Of a stretch of DNA of 64,000 bases, positions 1 to 11,456 are shown piece after piece. The position numbers and the translations under genes were made by a program. The notes under the pieces were generated by a model that had not been told where the DNA came from, searched no databases, and worked only from the letters and a program-made list of their open reading frames with translations. The DNA is from Bilabrum cf. latius. Lineage: Eukaryota. The DNA is taken from assembly GCA_965178125.1 (NCBI GenBank), contig OZ237762.1, positions 372,001-436,000 on the forward strand. Reading direction: 5' to 3'. How positions within the stretch are numbered: position 1 is the first letter of the stretch; each line of letters starts with the position of its first letter.

Positions 1-147
1 AGTCGCGGAAGCGAGCATGCAGCAGCCAGGGGTGCTCATTCCAAGGGCGGCAAGACAATCGAGACGAAGGGATTCTTCACTCGGAAGAGCGAGGGTAGCG
101 GCAGCGGTGTTGTGAACATGGTGGATAGCGACAGAGATGATGATGGA

Positions 148-178
<31 letters not shown>

Positions 179-1116
179 TTGATGAATTTGACGCGGCCGT
201 GTCCGGAGCAGCAGCCAGCAGATCAGGCCGTGCTGGATCCAGCAGTGCCCTGCGAGCCATGGAAGACGAATTAGACGACATTCTCGGGCTAGGCGAGGAC
301 GAAGAGAGTCGAAATCGTGGTGATAGCAGCAGCAAGCGGCGCTCGCAATTCGCTGCAGGGGACACGCCGGAGAAGCGGCACGCAACGGATACTCGGTAGA
401 GCGCAGGGTCTGAATTGGACGGGCACGATACTGACGATGACTTGTTCCCCGTTACTTCGAGCCCCCGGCTGCCGGCACGTGATGCGGTTCACGGCCTGGG
501 CGGGGGCAGCACGGATGGGACTGGGAGGGGGAGGGGGGCAGTGACAAGCAGCAGCAGCAGCGGCGGCAGCAGCAGCAGTACGCAGGCAGGCGCTGGTGCT
601 GGCGGCATGGACACGTGGGGAGACTCTGAGGCCAGAGGGGTCGGATCAATCGATCAGATGGACTCTGAACGGACGGACGGTCGCGTGCCAGGTGGCCTAG
701 AGGACGTTGGCGGTGGCCTTGATCTCGATCTTGGCCTGCCGGGGCCCGGCGATATGCTCGCGATGGAAGCCTAGGATGACGCGCGGGCTGGCATGGAGGA
801 GACACGGGCCTACGCGCCTTCTGGCTCCGGGTCCTCTAGGCTCGCTGCGGCGCGTGACGCGAGGCGGCAGAGGATGCGGCAGGGAGCGGGCGGGTTGGGG
901 AACAGCGCTGGGGCGGGGCAGGTGGGCATGGACGGTGGCCTGGAGCTGGAGCTGGGGGGCGATGCCGCGGCGATGGGCAACGTGGGTGGCGCGGGGGCGG
1001 CAGGCTTCAAGTATTCTCAGGTTAGCGCTTCGGCGGGCGATGCCAGCCAGCGCCCGGGGAACAGTCAGGGCGAAGTGCCTGGCGCTGGTGCTGCTGCCAT
1101 GGACGATGGCCTTTAA
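1..1116 (+). CDS. 3' end of an unknown protein (acidic, Gly/Ser-rich low-complexity tail), 5'-truncated by the window
   Basis: Frame +1 is open from base 1 to TAA 1114-1116 except for TAG 397-399 and TAG 772-774. ORFs 112-399, 415-774 and 793-1116 share that frame and have continuous composition. Confidence 0.7.
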
Positions 1117-1428
1117 GAGCGGCATGCTTTGTCCCGTTGCATGATAGGCGTACAAAAATCTACATTTTCATGATAGTGGTGATTCTGCGGGGAGTACATA
1201 CAGAGGTCTACTCCCTGCCCAGAGGCTGAGCCCCAGCCAGGATCTAATCTCTGAATCCTGAGTGTCACGCCCCACCATGCATTGCAGGCGGACCGACAAC
1301 AGCAAGCCTCTCAAGTACTCCAGTACACCCATCTGTGCCTCCTATACCACCCTTCCATCCGTTTGTGGATTGCGGCTCGACAGTCCCCCACCGGTCCATT
1401 CACCTCTATCCGATCCGGAGATCCAGCA

Positions 1429-3528
1429 TCAGTCCATCTTGATCTGGCTGTAGATGGCCCTCACGAACGCGAGCGTGGACAGGAAACCGATGGCCCCAGT
1501 CATCAGGAAGAAGGCCCACGAGGCGATGGCCATGTACGCGAAGTAGACGAGCGCCGCCGTGCCGGTGGAGAAATCCAGGGCGAGGTAGTAGTAGTAGATG
1601 GCGTACAGGAACAGGTACCCCCCCGAGGCAGCGGGCGTCAAGAAGCTCCTCCACTGCCAGTTGGGATCTTCGTGCCCCAGGTGGAAGTAGCACAGCACGA
1701 TGGAGATCTCGGCGCTGACCACGCCCAGCGACAGCATCACCACGAAGAGGAAGCCAAACATGTAGTACACGTGGCTGAGCCAGACCGAGCTCATGATGAA
1801 CACGGCCTCCATGAACACCGCCCCGAAGGGAAGCAGCCCGCCCACGAAGATGCCGACCAGCGGCTGCACAAATAGGGGCGTGGGCACTGGGATCCGCTCA
1901 AGGTCGTTGGGCTTGATCACCGGCTCTACCTTGTCCTGGGTGAACCCGATGTACGCGCCCAGCGCCACCAGCGGTAGCGACACAAAGAACCAGAGGGCCA
2001 CAACCGCAAGGAGCGTGGTGAATGGGATGGCGGCAGACGAGTGGTAGTGCCACATGTAGCCGTTGACCATCATCACCACGGCCGCAACCACGCCCGGGAA
2101 AGCCACCCCTGTGAGGATCACGTTGCGCATCCACTGCCTGCCGTCGAACATCTTGTACACGCGGGAGGACGTGTATCCAGCGAAGCAGCCCATTGCCACG
2201 AACACGAAGATGAGGGCGGACAGCATCCCGCCCCTGTTGGCAGGCGACAGAAACCCTAGAACGGCGAACACCAGCACACAGGCAGTCATGAGGACGACCT
2301 GAGCGCCGCTGCCCACAAACACCGAGAGGAACATGGGCCCGAAGAGACCCCCTGGGGGGCGGAACACGTCCCTCCCCACGATCTTCCAGCCGGTCAGGTC
2401 GACGGGATCGTCCACCTCCTCGTTGTACCTGTCAAAGTCCTTGAAGAGGTGCCTGCGAAGGATGACCGCCACCATGGCGGACAGCAGCAGGACGATGAGC
2501 GAGCTGTTGGTGATGGCGAACCAGTGCACCTCCCTGTCCTGGTGCTGCCTCAGGTAGACGTCCCACCGGTGCGCCCAGGGGGTGGAAGTCTCCTGCCAGA
2601 TGACGTCATAGGTGAAGATGACCTCGCCGCCTAGGTCGATCCTCTGCTGTGGGAGGTCCCTAACCACGTCCTGGCCGTGATTGCAGGTGTCCAGCTGCAC
2701 CTCTGGCTGTGGGTCGCCCGTCTGGTGCTCCATCGGCCACACGTCCTCGTACTGGTGCTACACCGAGTAAGGCTCCACCTCCACCCCGATGATGTGGGCA
2801 GGGCGAGCCGAGGCAGGGACCTCGGCTCCGCTGCGGGCGGCTTCTTCCTCTGCCGCTGCCTCGTCGTCTTCTTCCATGTGATAGCTGACGATGAAATGGA
2901 TGTGGTTGTAGAGGTAATATGCGGGGCCCGAAGGCGTGTCCATCTTGTACCCAAGCGGGAAGGAGCGCTCGAGGGATGTGTCCGACAGGTCATCGGGGTT
3001 GATCAGCCGCACGGATGCTGGCATATTGTCCATCAACCAGCTGACGGTATACTCGTTCTCAATGAAATCGGCGAACTGGCTGCCCTGCTCCGCAGTGTAC
3101 TCCTTGCGGCAGAGAATCTTGCACCTCTCATTGATCTTCATCTGCAGGTGGTATCCACTAGGCTCAATCCTATCTCCCATAAGAACTTCTCCGAGAGTCT
3201 CCCTCTCAGGCGTGCCGCCGCTCGGCTTGCAGAAAGGCAGTGTGTAGAATCGGTACGGCATTTGCGTTTTCGTAGAGGTCAGCTTGTTCACCATGAGGGG
3301 CACCTGCAGCGCTAGGTTAATGCATCACACATAACACATAGTACAAGTCTAGCCCACAGATTCCGCCAAATATATATTACTTCCTTAAGGTGGTGCGCAA
3401 AATCAACCAACGTGTCTCACCTCATCGCGTCGATTGAATGAATGGGAAGCGACACCAGGCAAATAGAAAGGAGACGCCAAGCACGAAGTACCCCCAATTA
3501 CGGCCAGGAATGCTAAGATGCTGTGCAT
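1429..3528 (-). CDS. TM9SF: Transmembrane 9 superfamily (nonaspanin/EMP70) protein, about 660 aa; exons 3528-3421 and 3303-1429
   Basis: Signal peptide plus FYLPGVA...VPLMVNKLTS, LGEVLMGDRI, YLYNH, VHWFAITNS, GWKIVGRDVFRPP, GFLSPANRG, WQWRSF and the C-terminal IYSQIKMD. GT-AG intron 3304-3420. One in-frame TAG at 2758-2760 (EPYSV*HQYE). Ends TGA. Confidence 0.95.
3304..3420 (-). other. Spliceosomal intron (117 nt) in TM9SF
   Basis: GAG|GTGAGA...CTGCAG|GTG. Removal joins FNRRDE to VPLMVNKLTS in frame. Confidence 0.85.
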
Positions 3529-3721
3529 TTGTCCCCCGTTGGACTACTACAACCTGGCGCGGCAAATCATGAAAGCACTGTTGGCGCCGCGCATCATGAT
3601 GCGCACAGAACGGAACCTCATCGCAGAATAGCAAACCCCTATCTACTACGGAGTCAATGCTTGAGAGAACCGAGGTATGATATGATAAACATTACATGCA
3701 ATGGTATCTGCCTCTCCGGGT

Positions 3722-5230
3722 TCACGATACGACAGAGTGCGACGTCAAGCCGAGTACCAGCTCGCCTGTTTCAAGGAACGGCTGCTGCCCCGCAGCCGTA
3801 GCAGGCCCAGAGGCATTGCGACGGGCATGCTTTGCTGGCGGAACCAGCTTTGAAGATTCCCCATCCACGCCACTGTTAGTCTTGCTCTCACTCTCGCTGT
3901 TGCCATCGCCCTCGCACTCCACCTTGCTCTCTTGCTCCGCGACCACTGGCAGCCCTGAGCACTTGCCCTTCGACTTCCCGGTCGCAAAAGCGCCCCCGTC
4001 GCGCACAGCTGCAGCTGCAGCAGCGATTGCCGCAGATTCATCTGGCTGCGCGTCCATCGATCCAGTGCCCGTGGTGCCATCGGCGGCCCCCACAGAGCTG
4101 GCCCTGCTTGCCAGTGGTGCTACTCCTTCTCCTTCTCGTTCCACCGCTCCCGGCCGGCCCATGGTATCCACGCACCGCCCGATCACAATCACCGCAGGGG
4201 CTGCCACACCTTTCCGCGCCGCCACGTCGGCAATCTCCCCGAGCTCCGCACTCGTCACACGCTGCGACGGCAACCCGGCCCTCTCCGCGACCGCGACCGG
4301 CACCGTCGTGGGGTATCCCAACGCTCCCAAATCGCTCTCCAGAGTGCTGAGGCGGCCCACCCCCATGAGCATGACCACGGTCCTGGAGGGCGAGTAGCGC
4401 GGGAGATCTGGCATGCCGCCGCCCCTGTCCCTCCCTGTTGTGAGCAACACCTGGTTTGCCACTCCGCGGGACGTGACCGGGATGCCGGCGAGCATCGGGG
4501 CAGTGAGTGCGGACGATAGTCCGGCGACAAATCTCGGTTCAAAGCCGTGCTGTCTGAAAAACAATACTTCTTCGGCTCCCCTCGCGTACAGCAGCGGGTC
4601 CCCGATTTTTAGGCGAGCAACGCACTTGCCCGCTCGCAGCGCAGCAAGCCCCGCAGCGTTGAGACCACCCTAAATGCCGTCCGCCCGTCCTTTTGATTTG
4701 CGAGCAGCGACTAAAACCTCGCAATCCTTGCGGAATAGGGACCGCAGAGACTCGTCCACGAGCCGGTCGGACAGCACAACTTCGGCTCGAGCCAGTATGC
4801 CCACTGCTTCCAAGGTTAGCATGTCTGGTCGACCGAGCCCCGCACCAATCAAAAATATTTCTCCCTTTAGTCTCTTTTCAACGATGGGCTTGGCACCGAT
4901 CTCTCCAAGCTGCTTGGATTCGACTTCCTGGTGCTGCTGTCGAGCGATGTGCACCAAACGTGCAGCCTGCAGAGCTGCGTCAACAGCCGAGTAGTCCGAT
5001 GCACCGCTGTTTCTTTCAGAATATTCAAAGCTGGTTGAGCTCATCGTTGATCGTGAAACGGCTGGTGCAAGCTATGCTTTGCCCGGTTCGACCTGCAGTC
5101 GACGAGGCGCCGTGGATTCGGCAGACTCCGCAGTCGATGAGTGGGATAGCAGCCTGTACAGGACTACAGACAGTGCAGCTCCGGCTGCAAATGCTCCAAA
5201 CAATCGCAAATTCTCGATCTGAGACAACAT
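3722..5230 (-). CDS. Uroporphyrinogen-III C-methyltransferase (SUMT; CobA/Met1/CysG-A type), about 502 aa, with an N-terminal hydrophobic segment and a low-complexity C-tail
   Basis: IFLIGAGLGRPDMLTLEA, VVLSDRLV, VARLKIGDPLLYARGAEE, AGIPVTSRG, TVVMLMGV, PAVIVIG. In-frame TAGs at 5072-5074 and 4670-4672. Ends TGA. Start taken as the first in-frame ATG (5230), which is uncertain. Confidence 0.9.
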
Positions 5231-5580
5231 TGCTGCTGATTTTTTAACCTTTCTAGCAAGTTGACGTCGTTCGTGTGCATCGTCACCATTTTGCACTCCG
5301 GACGGAAGATGAAACGCAGCCTTGCGACCAACATCATTTGAAGATGAACTCAAACAAGTAGACCCCAGGGCTAATCGTCAAGAATGCCAGGCGCTTGATG
5401 AAGCTTTTCAAGTATAGCCCAAAATATATGATTCAAAGGGGTAATATTTGCTGCGAGGGTCGGCGCAGCTGCAGAGCTCAAGTGGATGATCGAGCGCGGC
5501 CCGGGAGCTGCCATGATGGAAGGGGTGAGGTGTGTCTATGATACTCTCGTACACTCCAGATGCATACACGGACAAAGAGC

Positions 5581-8500
5581 TCACGCCCACGCTCCGTCGA
5601 CACCCCCAAATTCACTCTCCCTCTCTTTCGCCTCCCGCGCTTGCCGCGCTTCTGCCATGCGAAGCACTCGCGCCGCTTCCTCTCTGTGAGCCTCGTGGTC
5701 CTCCCAATCCCATAGCATAGCACGAAGACGCTCGGGCAGCACGAGCGGTGGAGGCGGGGGCAGGCCGGGGGGCCTCTGTGTGAGCAGCGCATGCCAGCCC
5801 TGCCCCAACGGACGCGGCGGGCAAGACGCAAAGGTGCCAGTTGACGCCTCCTGCTGATACATGGCCAGCAGCCGCCGCTCAAGCGCATCTTCATACGGCC
5901 CACGGGCATCAAGCCAGGCGCTGGCCGGAGGCCGGCCTTTTTTAGAGGGAGGCACCACCCTGCCACCGGGTCTCGCACCCGCGCCCGACGCGGACTCTTC
6001 GTGGCCTCCATCACCTCCCTCCGTGGGCGCGCTGTCCACACCCGCTGCTTGCGCGCCCTCTAGATCTACAGCCCCCGGGGCCAGCTACCCCTGGAAGCCC
6101 TCCTGGTCCTCTTTGCCCCTTCCTCGCTTTTCCTCTGCTATCGCCCGGAGGATCGGGTTGTTGTTCGACCCGCGCTTGCTATTCGCGCTGGAGCCGCCCT
6201 GCTGCTTTTTCTTCTTCTTCTTCACGCTCACCCTCCCGCTGGTGCTGCCCTAGATGCTGCTGCTGCTTCCCGTGACATTGCCACTCTTACCGTATCCCGA
6301 CGAGGGGGCCACACGACCTGCAGCACCACCACGGCCCGCACTGCCACCACTGCCACCGTCACCGGCATCGGCGGGCCCGAGCTCTCGCATGTCCAGGGGC
6401 AGGTAACCCCTTGGCACGCCCTCCCTCACGATGTGACCGTCACCCACCAGCTCAGGAGAGCGGATGATTTCCTGCACGGCCGCCTAGCTGTGGCGATCCG
6501 AGGACCCTCGAGAGCCCAGCGCCATCACGGCACCCAGCGACACCCCTTCCTTCGTCATCGCGCCCGGCTGGAACTCCGGCCAGGCCCCATCGGTAAACCC
6601 ACGAAGCATCCGAGCCAGCCACTGCTCCCCGCCAAGCAGCAGCGTGTTGCACGTCAGCAGCTCCGGCTTGCCCGTGCCGAACTCGCGGTCCTGCTCGTGA
6701 CCCATACCTTTACCCTGGACCGACAGACCCATCCGCTGCCAGATGGTCCGTGGTGCATTCACGGTGGTGTTGATCGCCACTCGAATGGGTGCCAACACGT
6801 CCTCCTCGCCCTCACCTCCAGCAGCCGCGTCCCCTGAGCTCTCCGCAGCGGAAGACGCGATGGCAGCGGCTGCCGCTGCACCGGCATCCCTCCATCCCGA
6901 CGCACTCGTCACACCACCCATCGCATTCTCCCTGGTGCGCAAAGCCAGACCCACCAGACGGGCCGACACGCGAGGGTCCACATCGTGACCGTGCTGTGCC
7001 ATGGCTGGGCGCAGGCACCCCGGAGGCAGCGCCAGTCGGTCGTCATGACCACCGGTCGACAGAAGGCTCAGTGGGTCGCACGGCGGCAGCTCTCCCGGAC
7101 CTCCGACGGCCCGCAGGGCATCTGCGCCAGTGGCGATGCCCTGCATGGGATCGTCGCCCAGGCCCGGGAGTCTGCCTCGCAGCCTCGTGGACGTGCTAGG
7201 CCGCAAGCTGCCTGCAGACCCGGGTGGAGTGGGCGCCGGCCCATCGGATGCGTGCCCCTTATCGGCTCCGGCTCCACTGCCCCCAATGGTGCCCCCCTAC
7301 GCTTCGCCGGCTTCTTCTGCTGCAGAGGCCAGACCGGCCGATCGCGCTGGTTCCAGCAAGATCGCTTGAGTGTCGCCTTTGCCCACCCCTTCGATCCGGT
7401 GTCTATTCTGCTAGCCAAGCGATACCAGGACCCACGAGCGCATGGCTGAAAGCCGCAGCAGCCGCTGCCGCATCGCCTCCCTCACGTGCACCGGCAGCCT
7501 TCGCACCACCCGGTCTCGATCCCGGGATTCTCCGTCCCCGCGGGTGGACACCTCGCGTAGAAACGTCAGGCCACCACTCGGTGCTGCCCCACTCAGAAGG
7601 GCCCTTGCCTCGGCCAGGGACGAGACCCGTGTGGCACCTTGCGGCAGGGAAAGGGGACCCCGTTGCACCGTTCCTCGCAGCAGCCCAGCGGCCTTGGTGG
7701 CTGCGTCCGTGCGGCGGCTCTGCTTCGATTGGACGGACGGACCGTCACTTTTCCCGTCCATAATGTCCGCACCGCGGCTCAAATCAGACCCTGCGTCACT
7801 CGCAGCCGCTTTGGCCACATCCTGCTGCGACTCGCCTAGCATGCGCAGCAGCTGCGCGTTGCTTCCAAGTCGACACAGCTCCGAGATGGCGAAGAGGCAA
7901 GCCTGCTGCGTCTCTCTGGGCAGACTCGTCGGCACGTCCCTTGCTATGAGCTCCGACATGAGAGTGACAGCACCCTGCGTGCCCAGCTCGCCGGACAGGG
8001 GCGCGCTGCGTGCCAGAGCCCCCACGCACCGCGCAACCGACTGCACGATATCAACGTCGTCCGGGTACCGCCTCGCGCCTCGCAGCAGCAAGAACACAAT
8101 GCTGGGGAGCTCCGCCACCTCCAGATCCAGCAGAGACACGGGGCTGCAGTTGACGGGAGCGCAGCACGAGTGGGGCTGCAAGGGGTCATCCGGAGGTTGC
8201 AGCTCCTCGAGCGGAATCCCTGCCGTGAGGCTGGCGCCTGGCGGTGCTTCTCCTGCCCTCCTGCTTTGAGTGCCTTCATGAGGGCTTGTGCCCACACCAG
8301 TGAGCGGAGTCCCAGCCCTGTGTGCCTGCGGACTGGCAGCCCTGCCACCCTAGGAGCTAGTGGTAGTCCTGGTCTGTGGGCCAAACGTGGCTTCTGAGCC
8401 ATCACCGAATGGTCGCCGATGCCTGCCCGCGATTGGACCGCGAGATGGGGACCCGGACCCAGCTGCCCCTGCCCCTGTTCCTGCGATTGCCGCGGGCGTC

Positions 8501-11181
8501 CCAGGTGACACGGCATTCGGCACGGCGGCAGGGGTCCTCGCATGGTACTCGTTCAAGGCTTCGTCACCTGCCAGACCAAGCAACAGCTAGATAGTGGACT
8601 TCTTCGGAGGCTAGTCGTCCCCAGCTTTCGAATCCGGATCCTGATTGCCACTTGTGCGTCTTTTGCTCTCGCTATCGCCCCCTTGCTGCTTATCCTTCGC
8701 TTTAGCATCGTATTCAATACCGGCTCGACTGGCGGGGCGGGTACCTGATGGACTCTGCGCTCGTGCAGTCTGCACTTGACCGCCTAAATCGCCTCGATCC
8801 TTATCCTCAGCACTGCTGGGGCGGCTGCTGCCGGAGCCAGCACTGCCGGGGCGCAGCTCGGGCTGCATCCATCCTGACTCGCCCCTCCTGGCTGCCTGCC
8901 TAGTGGCCGCCATGCTGGCATACTCGTCGTCGCGGCTGGACACCGCCTTTGCGCTCTTGCCCCGGAACAGCCTCGGATCTGGGGGAGGGCCATGACCCAG
9001 GATGGTGGCTAAAGTGGCCATGACGCACCTGAGCGCCCTTCTGTGGTTGCGGTGGTACCGCAGCAGAAGCAGAAGCAGCTCAACATCGAGCGTGTGCGTG
9101 GCCATCGGCAGCAGAAGCTCTAACTCCGGCAGAGGGCACGGGTGTTCTAGCATTAGCTCCACGGCGCCCTCCCTGCTGCGCTGCAGTGGAAACCTCCTCC
9201 TGCGCTCTGCGTCTCGGCTCCACCACCACTCGCACACGGCCTGAGGAATCGCCCGCAGGGCAGGGCCCGAGGAGAATGGACCGGCCACAGGCGCCTGCCG
9301 ACTGCTGAACTGCATCTGTGCCGCGCCCCCGCGCCAGCCTCCTGCCGGGAATGCAGCATCGCACTGCAGCGCAGCCGTAAGCATGGCGTCGTTTCTTTTG
9401 CCAGCCAGCACTAGAGCATCACTGGTCAGCCTTGATACCTGGGGGCGCGAATCCTTCGATGCAGCTGGAGCTCGTGACCGGGCCTTCTGGCCTCGGTGGT
9501 GGGGGCTCGAGTAGGCAGCCGGGCCGAGGGTGATGGCCTGTGCAGCAGGCAGAGACCTCTTCGCGAGCGCTTCTTGAACTCCAGCGGCAGCCCCGTTCCC
9601 CGCCCGCAGAATGCGCGGCGCCAGTTCCGTTTCGAAACCGAGCAGCCTCGCCGTTCGCCTCTCGTCGGCCTTGAGCTGCTCCCATGCCACCTCCCGCCTC
9701 AGCTCAGACGTCCTCTTTCGAGTCTCCAGGCGACTCAGGTCGAGAGCTAGCCCGCCGCGAAGGGCAGCAAGCTGGGTGCCCCCTCCTTCCTCCTCTGCCT
9801 TCCGTGCCGCCCTACGCCTTCGGATCTCCCTTCTCCGCTTGGCCGCCTGCTTCTTCTGCGCCGCGGACAGCTTCGATTTGGCGCCGTCCTTGCCCAGCGT
9901 CAGACCAGCTGCACGCGCGAGAATGAGTCTGTCAGCATCATCCAGAGGCTCATCGTCATCCACACCGAGCTCCAGGGCGAGGTCATCCTCACCTTCTTCA
10001 CCCGAACCTCTCTTGCCCTAGTCGCCCTGTCCAGCTGCTCCTCCCCTGCTCGACCCGACCCCGTACTTGCTCTTCGGCTCTTCACCAGGCAGGCCCCCGT
10101 CGCCTCCCTCCTCTTCAGCAGCCACCCGCGCGTCTTCTTCCTCCCAGGCGGCGGCTTCTTGGTCGTTGCCGTACCCCTCCCCCTCGTCGTCGTCGGAGTG
10201 ATCCCACCCATTCCAGGCGCCCTCTACTCCGATCATCTGCTCGGCACCCGGAGCAAATCCAGAGACCCCTTTCTCCCGCAGCATGGCAGCCTCTTCGCTG
10301 CTCCTCGTATCCCCGCCGCCACTGCCGCTCCCGCCTCTGCCGTTGCCCTTCCCGCCGCCCCCCACATCGATCCCCTGAGGGCCCAGAGACACAGCTGCCC
10401 CCAGCCTCTCCTGCACGGCCTCCTTCTGCTGGCGGTATCTTCGAGTGGCTGATTCCTGCTCGGATAGGAGCCTCAGCCTGCGCAAGCGGGCCACTTCCGT
10501 TTCGACTGCGTGGCTCGAGTGGGTGAGCGGCAGTGCGGCTCGCAGTGCCTCGATGACTGCAGGCGGCGCGTCCGATTGCAACAGTCGAGTTTCGCCGGCC
10601 CCTGGAACAGCGGCTGGCATCGTGGCGCCATCACCGGATGGCTTTTCGATGGAACTTTCCTTCTGATGCCGGACAGGCGGCAAGTTTACGAGCGGGACGC
10701 ACAGGCGCCTAGCCGCGGCGCGCCATCGCCACACTCCGCGTAGCGCTGCTCGCAATTCAGAGATGGCCAGCACAACGTCTGGGCGGCGACTGCTGGCTTC
10801 CGTAACCATCGCTCTTTCAATAGCATTCAATCCTCGCAACATTCCAGCTTGTAGGCACTGTTGCCGCGCAGTGTCGGTTGGCTCAGCCACGAGGACCGCA
10901 AGCAGCCGGCACCCATCTGTAGTGACAGGGGCAGCATACGTGCCATGTCGTTTCAGAGAATCCATCACAGCCAAAGGCACATCCAGTTTGACCATTTCTT
11001 GGGCCATCCACGCTGCATCATCGGGTTCTAGCTCTTGTAGTAAGGATACGAGCTGATGCAGCCCTTTCGCCTGCTCCACTGGATCTGTTCTACGCAGCCA
11101 CAACAGTCGAAGAGTCCGACGAATGAGCTATTTTTCCCGCAGTTCACAAACGTCTTGGCATGCTGAAACAAGAAGACCCAT
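5581..11181 (-). CDS. Large helical ARM/HEAT-like protein, about 1,866 aa, with N-terminal MGLLVSAC myristoylation-type motif; function unknown
   Basis: Seven listed ORFs share one frame. The only interruptions are TAGs at 11128, 10018, 8611, 8587, 8350, 7411, 7297, 6484, 6250 and 6085. Ends TGA 5581-5583. ARM-like segments include VPLAVMDSLKRH...GCRLLAVL and IVQSVARCVGALAR...GAVTLM. Confidence 0.75.
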
Positions 11182-11456
11182 TGCGGCGTGCTGATTGCTC
11201 CCAATGCTTGCAATCCGTTGCGTTAATGAAAACAAAAAGGGGGGGCCCTGGCCCTGTTACGATCGAGACTGGGTCGTCTCAGTAACTCATGTTAAATTGG
11301 AAGTCAGCGGCAACTGTGGAAAATGATTCGACCCCCTTCAGTGGCAGGTTTTGATCTGGCTGCGCATTCGTCAGCTGCAGCGACCACAAGCTGATGAGCA
11401 CATGGTCGCAAGCCCCACCATCTGCCCACGGCGCCTCATGAAGCCAAGAGTGACAT

